Shown: positions 9,247-18,425 of the stretch, piece after piece | Layout of the letters: every line of letters begins with the position of its first letter | How positions within the stretch are numbered: the stretch's first letter is position 1 | Assembly (NCBI GenBank): GCA_026126305.1 | Contig: JAHCJI010000012.1 | Coordinates: forward strand, 13,303-77,302 | From: Phycisphaeraceae bacterium | GTDB taxonomy: Bacteria; Planctomycetota; Phycisphaerae; Phycisphaerales; UBA1924 | DNA: 64,000 nucleotides | Direction of reading: 5' to 3' | Translations under genes and position numbers: made by a program | Notes under the pieces: generated by a model | Databases searched by the model: none | What the model saw: only the letters and a program-made list of their open reading frames with translations | What the model was told of the DNA's origin: nothing

Positions 9247-10116
9247 TCATACCTCCTTCTGGAGGGTAGTGCGTGCCCGCGCGGACCCTTGTGCGGTTGG
9301 GGAGGCCACGGATAGTCCTGTTTGGTTTGGATTTGGGATGTTGGCGAACTTGCAGCGTCGAAGGCCGAGCCAAGCGTACATCTCAAAGGTCATGAACCCA
9401 ATGAAGGCGACGCCCAGGCCCACGATGGCCAGCGCGAAGGTCCAAGCCGGCATCGGGCCGCGTTCGATCCGCCATTCGCTCTCGAAGCCCCAGAGCCAGG
9501 GGATGGCCATGGCGGCACCGACACCACAGAAGAGCCAGGCGACGGCCCCGTGTCGCACGATGCTGTGTGCCAGTCTTGAGTGGACACGCGTGCCCCGACG
9601 GGCGCTGATGATGACCAGTCCACGGGCCTCGGTCCACGTCAGCACGCCCAGAAGCCACGCCGCCACGGGCGTCAATACCACCCCCAGCACCAGGGCCATG
9701 ATGATGGCACCCAAGGCGCTGCCGGGAGACCATGACTGCGAACCACCACCAGGCGTGGGTGATTCACGCTCGAACACAAGCAGCAGCAACGTAGCCAACA
9801 GCAACCCCAACGGCCCACCAGCCAGCACCCTCAGCAGGAGGTACCTGGGCGGGTTGGCGGTAAGCATGTCGAGGGTGCAAAGGGGATGGCGCATGGCCAG
9901 CCACCACGTCGTCAGCATGGGCCGCCAGCCACGCAGATTCTGCCAAGGCGTGCCGGGCCGATTTTCTGGCAAGCTCCGGGCGATGGGACGGCCGCACTCG
10001 GGGCAAGGCCCATCACTGGGCAGCCCTTCGATCACATAGCCGCAGGCCTCACACAGGAGCGTGTGCGGGTCGTTCCAGATTCGATCGGATCGCGCTGCGT
10101 CCGGCATGGTGGACAT
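9247..10116 (-). CDS. zinc-ribbon membrane protein, hypothetical
   Basis: N-terminal CEACGYVIEGLPSDGPCPECG (CxxC...CxxC) followed by several hydrophobic helices. It ends 4 nt before the TamB-like start, so an operon is likely. ATG 10116 was chosen because the longest-ORF GTG lies inside a perfect hairpin. Confidence 0.7.
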   Translation of the reverse strand: MSTMPDAARSDRIWNDPHTLLCEACGYVIEGLPSDGPCPECGRPIARSLPENRPGTPWQNLRGWRPMLTTWWLAMRHPLCTLDMLTANPPRYLLLRVLAGGPLGLLLATLLLLVFERESPTPGGGSQSWSPGSALGAIIMALVLGVVLTPVAAWLLGVLTWTEARGLVIISARRGTRVHSRLAHSIVRHGAVAWLFCGVGAAMAIPWLWGFESEWRIERGPMPAWTFALAIVGLGVAFIGFMTFEMYAWLGLRRCKFANIPNPNQTGLSVASPTAQGSARARTTLQKEV

Positions 10117-10132
10117 GGTATGAGCAATGCAC

Positions 10133-10169
10133 GGCACGGGTCCGCGTCGAGATGACGCGGACCCGTGCC
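10133..10169 (-). promoter_or_regulatory. perfect 16-bp G+C-rich hairpin with a 5-nt loop between two same-strand genes
   Basis: Positions 10133-10148 (ggcacgggtccgcgtc) pair perfectly with 10154-10169 (gacgcggacccgtgcc). It lies 48 nt after the haloperoxidase stop and 17 nt before ATG 10116. No U-tract follows on the minus strand. Confidence 0.5.
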
Positions 10170-10216
10170 TCTGTTGCTGTTGGAAGCCTTGCGGCCTTCA
10201 CGGACCTCGAACGTGC

Positions 10217-11632
10217 TTACGGGCAGCCCGCGAGGAATTCGGCCTGGAATTGCATGAAGTCCATCACGTCGAGCACGCCATCGGCGTTGATGTCGGCGGC
10301 ACCTCCACCCGCGGTGAACTCGTTGAAGAAGGCCAGGTAGTCGAAGATGTCCAGCGTGCCACTGGCGTCCATGTCCATCCGGCACACCGGCTGGATGTAG
10401 TTCTCGGTGACGTAGGTGCCGATGTGCCGCCCGGCTTCGAGGGCGGCGGTGTTGTCGAACATGTAGTGGATCCCGCCGTAGATGCGGCTGATGCCCGCCT
10501 CTTCGGCCGCGGCCCAGAGGCTTGTGAAGTCTCTCGAAAGGCCGATGGCCTCGAAGGTGAATTCAACCTCATCGGTGCCGAAGAAGTTGGTCAGGACTGT
10601 TGCGGAAGTCCCCGAGAAGCTGCTGTGCCCGCTGGTGTAGGCCGGGAAGGGCGGTGTGGTGAGCAGTGGCAGCCAGTCTGGATCGGGCGAGGTGCTGGGG
10701 TTGCCGTCGAGGTCGGCCTCCCAGATCGCTGTGATGGGGCGCCAGAGGTCGTAGACGTACTTGCAATCCCAGGAATTGATGGCGGCATCGGCGGTCCCCA
10801 TATTGAGCAGGGCGAACAGGCGGATGTTGTCCTCGAAGGTGTTGCCCTTGATGCCCGCGATGGTCTGGGCGATCTCGTTCCACTGGCCGGGAGGGGTCGG
10901 GGTGCCCGGGCCACCCTCCCAGATGCGTGCGATCTCGGTCTGGTCGGCCGTGCGCGTGGCGCTGTCGATACGACCCAGTTCGTAGACTTCACGCCACGCG
11001 TCCGTGTATTCGGTGGAAGTCAGCTCAGGCGGGGCGATAGGCCGGAATTGGTCGCCCGAGAGCATCGCAAAGCACGTGACGTTGCCCCAATGGGGCAGGA
11101 GCGCGGGCAGGAAGCCCGGTCCGGTGGGCTTCCATCCCCCGGGCACGCCCGAGGGCGTGTAGCTGCCCGAGCCCGCGGATCCGTCGTCGGCGCGCCATGC
11201 GAGGATCTCGCTGGCCACATATGCGCCTTGTTCGATGCCGGCGTCCTTGGCCGGACCATCGGGGATGGCCGAGAGGTGCGAATCCAACAGGTCCGCGTAG
11301 ATGGACGCCCGATCGGGGTACAACGAGACGAGCACGTCGTGGGCCGCCCGTGCGGCCGCGGCCTCCATGATGGCAGGCGGCGGATCGGTGACGACTCGAT
11401 ACGGGGTGTGCCTGCGAGAGATGCCGTTGACGGCGTCGTACATCGCGACGTGCATGATGGCCATGGCCCGCGAAGCGCGCGGTGGATTGGTGCGCGTCTC
11501 TTCGATGGAATCGAGGATGGCCTGATTCCAGTCGAGCGCCACATCGGCGCGTGCAAGGCCCGCTGTGGCACTCCATGCCGTTGCCCCGACGACCAACATG
11601 CGAACCATGTTCTCACTCTTCTGTCGCCTCAT
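10217..11632 (-). CDS. PAP2 / vanadium-dependent haloperoxidase family enzyme with a C-terminal GC-terminated dockerin-like module
   Basis: All three PAP2/haloperoxidase motifs are present: KYVYDLWRP (Kx6RP), YTSGHS (PSGH) and SRIYGGIHYMFD (SRx5Hx3D). A signal-like N-terminus MVRMLVVGATAWSATAGLARA is present. The last 55 aa are CRMDMDASGTLDIFDYLAFFNEF...DGVLDVMDFMQFQAEFLAGCP. Confidence 0.85.
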   Translation of the reverse strand: MRRQKSENMVRMLVVGATAWSATAGLARADVALDWNQAILDSIEETRTNPPRASRAMAIMHVAMYDAVNGISRRHTPYRVVTDPPPAIMEAAAARAAHDVLVSLYPDRASIYADLLDSHLSAIPDGPAKDAGIEQGAYVASEILAWRADDGSAGSGSYTPSGVPGGWKPTGPGFLPALLPHWGNVTCFAMLSGDQFRPIAPPELTSTEYTDAWREVYELGRIDSATRTADQTEIARIWEGGPGTPTPPGQWNEIAQTIAGIKGNTFEDNIRLFALLNMGTADAAINSWDCKYVYDLWRPITAIWEADLDGNPSTSPDPDWLPLLTTPPFPAYTSGHSSFSGTSATVLTNFFGTDEVEFTFEAIGLSRDFTSLWAAAEEAGISRIYGGIHYMFDNTAALEAGRHIGTYVTENYIQPVCRMDMDASGTLDIFDYLAFFNEFTAGGGAADINADGVLDVMDFMQFQAEFLAGCP

Positions 11633-11846
11633 CTCTCGTCTCTCCGTTATGGTTTTGAAAGGAATGTCCAGTTGCGGGGTCGCAGCGCCTGCACTCCCCC
11701 TGAAGCGCAATATACTGATATCCCCTACGTAGTCAAGAGTTTTTTTTGAGTTCAGTCGTCGTATTTGCCTAGATTCGGTTTCAAGATGCCCCGAGATTGG
11801 TCCGATCAGGTTTCCAGACGGAGCAAACGATCCATTGGAGACCGAT

Positions 11847-12281
11847 ATGAGTCCGATAAATGCAGATCCGATCCCGATCCGTGAACGCCGGCGATTCCCA
11901 CGCTTTGCCGTGCCGCCGATGTACAGCCCCATTGCCGTTCGAACGCTTGATCGCGACGAGTTCGAGTTCGAGGGCCATGCTTATGACGTAAGCGAAGGCG
12001 GGATGCAGTTCGAGTTGGATCGGCCCTTCGAGCCCGGCACGCGGCTGGCGGTGAAGATCGAGTTGCCCGGGGCGATGGGCTTTGGGCGTTCGCCACACGT
12101 GGGCCCGGGCCGCGACATGGGCCCGGGGCGTGCGATCTTTGTCTTTGCCACGGTGGTGTGGATCCAGGACGAAGAGTTTGGCCCGGCTCGGATGGCGGCG
12201 GTGTTCAACATGTTCTGCCGGGCGGGCGACAAGCAGCGTCTGAAGCAGGCGCTGGCACAGACGATGGCGCGGGCGGCGTAA
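11847..12281 (+). CDS. stand-alone PilZ domain protein (predicted c-di-GMP receptor)
   Basis: RERRRFPR (RxxxR) and DVSEGGMQF (D/NxSxxG) motifs at the expected spacing. ATG 11847 has a GGAG motif 7 nt upstream. Confidence 0.8.
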   Translation: MSPINADPIPIRERRRFPRFAVPPMYSPIAVRTLDRDEFEFEGHAYDVSEGGMQFELDRPFEPGTRLAVKIELPGAMGFGRSPHVGPGRDMGPGRAIFVFATVVWIQDEEFGPARMAAVFNMFCRAGDKQRLKQALAQTMARAA

Positions 12282-12310
12282 TCGTCCGACGTTCCTGGTA
12301 GCGCGGCTGA

Positions 12311-13992
<1,682 letters not shown>

Positions 13993-13994
13993 GC

Positions 13995-14879
13995 TCAGGC
14001 GACGCCCACGGGGACGCCGACGATGGCGATGCCCCGGCGATCGGCCTCGGCGATGACCTCGCTCTTGTCGATCATGATGACGTCGCCGGCGGCCAACGCC
14101 AGGCAGCCCGCGCCGGCCTCGTGCATGCGTTCGATGGTCATGACGCCCACGGTTGGCACGTCGCTTCGGCGGTCGTGCCCGCAGCGTGCACCTTTGCAAA
14201 GCGTCCAGCCCTTGGCCCGGCACAACGCACCGGCGCGTTCGATCATGCGGTCGGTGCCCTCGACGGCCTCAACGGCGATGATGTCCCGCTCGCGGACGGC
14301 GACGGCCTGACCGATGTCCAGCCGCAGCAGGTCCACCAACTGGGGCCAGACAAAATCGATGTCGGCCTGCTGCCCGGGCGTCGGTTGACGCTGCGTCATC
14401 ACGCCCGGGTCGGCCAGCTCGCGGGGGATGGACGTGGTCGAGTCGAGCAGTTGCACGCCGCAGCGTTCGAGTTCATCGGCGATGGCACCCAGCACGGCAT
14501 GGGATCGGCGATCGTGGCGGAGTTTCTGGTGCCAGGCGATGATGGTGCGCATATCGGGAACGTGGCGCACCATCCGCAGGGGATCGTGCATGAGCTTGGC
14601 CTTATCGACCTTGCCCACCATGATGGCGTGGCGAACGTTGCGCTTGGCCAGGGCCTTGCCCCAACCGCCCACGCGGAAGAGCCCCACCTCGTGGAAACTG
14701 TCGCACAGGGGCGGCAGATCGGGCTCGTACATGTTGGCCAGCCCGATGCCGTGGATGCGGTGCCCGATGTCACGCAGGCCCTGGGCGACGATGATGGGCA
14801 GTCGTCCCGCACCGGCGATGAGCCCGATGGCCGTGGGTGGTGTCGGAGGGTCGGGCAGGATGACCAAAGGTCTGGGCAA
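13995..14879 (-). CDS. lpxI: LpxI-family protein (DUF1009, UDP-2,3-diacylglucosamine diphosphatase)
   Basis: IGLIAGAGRLP N-terminus, GKVDK..., QAVAVRERDIIAVEAVEGTD and VPTVGVMTIERMHEAGAGCLALAAG match the pattern and length typical of LpxI. Confidence 0.8.
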   Translation of the reverse strand: MPRPLVILPDPPTPPTAIGLIAGAGRLPIIVAQGLRDIGHRIHGIGLANMYEPDLPPLCDSFHEVGLFRVGGWGKALAKRNVRHAIMVGKVDKAKLMHDPLRMVRHVPDMRTIIAWHQKLRHDRRSHAVLGAIADELERCGVQLLDSTTSIPRELADPGVMTQRQPTPGQQADIDFVWPQLVDLLRLDIGQAVAVRERDIIAVEAVEGTDRMIERAGALCRAKGWTLCKGARCGHDRRSDVPTVGVMTIERMHEAGAGCLALAAGDVIMIDKSEVIAEADRRGIAIVGVPVGVA

Positions 14880-14950
14880 TCGGGTTCTCCAGCGATAGAC
14901 CTGACAGCCATTATTGCGCGGTAAGGACGCCGGGGCGGCAAAAACCTATC

Positions 14951-15238
14951 ATGATCCGAACCTGTCGCGCCCCTTCAACCCGGGCATGTGCCAACGCCGA
15001 TGCATCGCCTGTGGAACATCACGCATCGACCAACAGCCCACATCCGCCACAGAACACCGCCAAGCCCCGGCCCTGGATCGGGGTGCGTTTCACGTGCGCG
15101 GGTGCCTACGTGCGGGTGTATCGATCACCCGATTCGAACTGCTACCTGGCCCTTTGCCCGCGTTGCGGCAAGTCGTGCCGCTTTCCGGTCGGGCCCGGGG
15201 GCACCAGCAGCCGTCTATTCGACGCATCGTGCCGATGA
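14951..15238 (+). CDS. possible small Cys-rich (zinc-ribbon-like) protein; the start is uncertain
   Basis: Only the C-terminal half looks protein-like (VRFTCAGAYVRVYRSPDSNCYLALCPRCGKSCRFPV). No family was recognised, so the call is weak. Confidence 0.3.
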   Translation: MIRTCRAPSTRACANADASPVEHHASTNSPHPPQNTAKPRPWIGVRFTCAGAYVRVYRSPDSNCYLALCPRCGKSCRFPVGPGGTSSRLFDASCR

Positions 15239-15283
15239 TCGCCCGTTCGGGCCGAGGTCCAGTCCCAGGCGGGCATAAAGTCG

Positions 15284-15850
15284 GTGGTGGCACACCTCCC
15301 TGGCATCACGATTGGCCGACCGAGCGAAACCTGCACCGCAACGGGAGATCCCTTAGCCCCGGGAGATCGCATCGTTTCGCTCCTGCTGCTCGATGACACC
15401 CATGGCACGCGTCGTATCGACGTCGCCGAAAGCGCCTGGGACGGAGGCTGGCGCCCCTGGCAAGCGGGCGAGGCCCCACACGACACGATTGCCCTCTGGC
15501 GAGGGTTTGCCCAAAAGCCTCGGGACAAATCAAACAACCGTCCCGTGGACGACGAGGACCTGGTCGTCCTGTTCGATCAGATCGCCGAGCCTCAGGACGC
15601 CCAGACCGTCGAACTGCGGTACGTGCTGGCGTGGATGCTGGTCCGGCGTCGTCGGCTTCGGTTCGAGGGGCAACGCCGGGGGAACCTGCGCGTGCGTCGG
15701 GTGACGGCCACGGGCGGACTGATCGACGATCAGCCCATCGAGGTGGCCGACCCCGGCTTGGACGAGGACCAGTTGGAGCAGGCCATGGACCGCGTGGCGG
15801 GCCTTCTGCTGGGCGAGCCGGAAGCCCCCGTGGGCGGAGAAGTGCCGTGA
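15284..15850 (+). CDS. hypothetical protein, first gene of a translationally coupled cluster
   Basis: Coding-like composition, for example LRYVLAWMLVRRRRLRFEG. The stop overlaps the next start (GTGA at 15847-15850). No family name recalled. Confidence 0.6.
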   Translation: MVAHLPGITIGRPSETCTATGDPLAPGDRIVSLLLLDDTHGTRRIDVAESAWDGGWRPWQAGEAPHDTIALWRGFAQKPRDKSNNRPVDDEDLVVLFDQIAEPQDAQTVELRYVLAWMLVRRRRLRFEGQRRGNLRVRRVTATGGLIDDQPIEVADPGLDEDQLEQAMDRVAGLLLGEPEAPVGGEVP

Positions 15851-16752
15851 ACCGCTGGATCTGCCTGGGCGTGCTGGCGATGTTGTGCGCGGCGGGTTGC
15901 AACTGCGCGAGCAGGCCCGAGTTGCCCTATGCCAATGGCTCGGGTCGAGTCGTCAACCTCTCGGACCATCCATATGAGCAAGTCGCGGCGGCCATGAATG
16001 CCCGGGCCCAACGGCTCGAGCGCCTCTACACGCCTGTGATCGTGACGGTGTGGTACATCGGCCGGCAGGGCGAGGACGAGGTCGATCAACTGGACGGATC
16101 GCTGCACGTGGTGCATCCGACGAAGATCTCGATGAACCTCCAGAAGGTGGGCGTCGAAGGGGCGGCGCTGGGTGCCAACGAACGCCATTACTGGTTCATG
16201 GACCTGTTGGCAGAAACACCCGTGGCTTCCATCGGAACGCACGAGCGGGCCAATCCCGACCAGTTGAGCGAACTGGGCGTGCCGGTCCATCCGCTGGATC
16301 TGCTGTTGCTGCTGGGATTTTCGCCGGTGCCGTCGTCGCCGATGGATGCATCGGCCTTGAGCGTGACTTCTCTCGGCTCGCACTTGCTGCTGCGGGCCCC
16401 GGCGCGTTGGGGCGTTGTGGAGTACACGCTGGACCCGACAACCTACGAGCCCGTGCGGGTGGCCTTGCGGCGTGGGCCTCGGCTGCCGCCGGCGTTGACG
16501 GCCGACATGCTCGAGCGGATCGAATTCGTCGACCGCACCGACCCGCAACAATCGGCCTTGGAAATACCCCGTCGCATCCTGATCGATGTGCCGGCGCTGG
16601 ACGCACGGGTGCGCATCCGGCTGCTCGACCCGCACGTGAGCCGGCGACGCCCCGACGAGCGCGCCTTCGACCTGGGCGATGCGTTGTCGCGGCATGGCAT
16701 CCGCCTGCGACGCGACCTGGACGTTGCCCATGCGCGGAGGCAGGAGGATTGA
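15847..16752 (+). CDS. lipoprotein, possibly LolA/LolB-fold (DUF4292-like)
   Basis: Signal peptide plus lipobox (WICLGVLAMLCAAGC). The body pattern GSLHVVHPTKISMNLQKVGVEGAALGANERHYWFMD...HPLDLLLLLG is reminiscent of LolB-like lipoproteins (inference). Confidence 0.65.
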   Translation: MNRWICLGVLAMLCAAGCNCASRPELPYANGSGRVVNLSDHPYEQVAAAMNARAQRLERLYTPVIVTVWYIGRQGEDEVDQLDGSLHVVHPTKISMNLQKVGVEGAALGANERHYWFMDLLAETPVASIGTHERANPDQLSELGVPVHPLDLLLLLGFSPVPSSPMDASALSVTSLGSHLLLRAPARWGVVEYTLDPTTYEPVRVALRRGPRLPPALTADMLERIEFVDRTDPQQSALEIPRRILIDVPALDARVRIRLLDPHVSRRRPDERAFDLGDALSRHGIRLRRDLDVAHARRQED

Positions 16753-18404
16753 TGCCCGCCCCGCGCTGGGTGTGGGCGATTGTCGCGTGCCTGTGGTGGG
16801 TCGCGCTCGCACCGGGCCAGCTGGCCGTCGGGTGTGCCAGCGAAGGAAGGCCGGGCCATGAGCACGCCTGGGCGGTGGCGCCATCGAACCGGGACGGGCA
16901 GTGGACACTCTGGCACCTGCCCCCACGCTCGGGATCGGGGGCGGCACCGGATGGGACTGCGCGACCCATCGGGATGATCGAACGGCAGCCTGCGGCCATG
17001 GCGGCAGCGGGCGGTCGGGTCTGGCTCGCGGTCGCCGGCATGGGCGATCGCCCGGGCTTTGGGTTTCTCACGGCGGCGGTGCAACGCGGGGCCATCGACG
17101 GCATGTGGTTCACCGGCGCGGGCGGACGCCTGGGGCCGGCACCCTTCCTGCCCACACGTGGCCGATTACTCAGTACGGCCGCGGGATCTCGTGGGCCGGT
17201 GGTCTTGATCGAGGGTCTCGACGGCACGGCAAGCCTGGCTTGGCTCGACATGAGCCGATGGCGATGGGTCACGCTGCCCGCGGGTATGAGGCCTCAGACC
17301 GTGGGCATCGATGCCAAGGGCGGGCTGCTGCTGCTTGCCATGGAAGGCGAGCACCTGCACACCTGGCGGGCCGAGTTGCCCGAGCGCCCAGGAACCACCG
17401 GAGAGGCTTACGAACTCATCGAGCCAGACGCCATCATCGAGTTGGCCAGGCCCCGGGCCGAGGACGATCAAGCGGTCGAAGTCTCGTGGACGCGCGAGGC
17501 AATCGTGCCCGCAGGCGCGTGGGCCGGGGGCGAGATCATCGCCGGCCCGGTCGAGATAGGCCAACGGATGCTGCTGGGGCTGGCCTTCACCGACGGCGTG
17601 CGAGTTGTGGAGCAGCAAGGTTCTGCGATGCAAACGCTCTACCAGGGCCCGCCCGGCGCGCTGGCCTTGCTGTCGGCCTCACGCCGCGGCGTCGCGGTAC
17701 GCATCGGCGAGCCCGCACCGGGCGCGCCCGGTCGGGCGGCCACGCGACTGGACATCCTGGAGTTCTCGCTCGACACGGGGCGTGTGCTCTATACCGGGCC
17801 CGCGGTCTTCGATGGGCCCATCTCGGCCAGCGACCTGCGCATCCTGGCCGTCCTGGTGGTGCTCGTCAGCGCTTCCCTGCTGCTGTTTGTGGTACGGACG
17901 TCGGGCGAAACAGCCGAGTATGTGGCGCCCCGGGGGTTTGTGCTTGCACCGCCTTTCATGCGTCTCATGGCCGCCCTTGCCGACGGCGTGCTGGCACTCT
18001 TTGTGGGTGGCGAGCTCTCCAGACTCTTGCCCGAGGGTTGGCTGGCCGTCCGCGTGGGCGTCGACCTGCTGGATTTTGGCCCGCTGATTGCCGCCCTGAT
18101 CGTCGGGTATGTCGCCAGCAGCGTTCTCGAAACCGCCTTCGGCCGGACACCGGGAAAATTGCTCTTCGGCCTGCTGGTCACTCGGAGCGGCACCGATAAT
18201 GGCCGAGCCGACCACTCGCCGCGAAGGCCAAGCCTTGGCGCATCGCTGGCTCGCAATGCCGTCAAGTGGTTGCTGCCGATCCTGGCCTTGGCAGGGGCAA
18301 TGGGCCCGACGATGCGGCATCGGGGCGACACGATGACACGATTGGGTGTTGTTGCCCAGGCCATGCCCGACCGCGATCAAGTTGTCCCGCCCGACGACCG
18401 ATAG
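16752..18404 (+). CDS. RDD-family membrane protein with a large N-terminal extracytoplasmic domain
   Basis: The ATG overlaps the upstream TGA by 1 nt. Signal-like start MPAPRWVWAIVACLWWVALAPG. The C-terminal region has the RDD-type segment YVASSVLETAFGRTPGKLLFGLLV. Confidence 0.7.
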   Translation: MPAPRWVWAIVACLWWVALAPGQLAVGCASEGRPGHEHAWAVAPSNRDGQWTLWHLPPRSGSGAAPDGTARPIGMIERQPAAMAAAGGRVWLAVAGMGDRPGFGFLTAAVQRGAIDGMWFTGAGGRLGPAPFLPTRGRLLSTAAGSRGPVVLIEGLDGTASLAWLDMSRWRWVTLPAGMRPQTVGIDAKGGLLLLAMEGEHLHTWRAELPERPGTTGEAYELIEPDAIIELARPRAEDDQAVEVSWTREAIVPAGAWAGGEIIAGPVEIGQRMLLGLAFTDGVRVVEQQGSAMQTLYQGPPGALALLSASRRGVAVRIGEPAPGAPGRAATRLDILEFSLDTGRVLYTGPAVFDGPISASDLRILAVLVVLVSASLLLFVVRTSGETAEYVAPRGFVLAPPFMRLMAALADGVLALFVGGELSRLLPEGWLAVRVGVDLLDFGPLIAALIVGYVASSVLETAFGRTPGKLLFGLLVTRSGTDNGRADHSPRRPSLGASLARNAVKWLLPILALAGAMGPTMRHRGDTMTRLGVVAQAMPDRDQVVPPDDR

Positions 18405-18425
18405 CCCATTGGGCACGCCGCTTGC

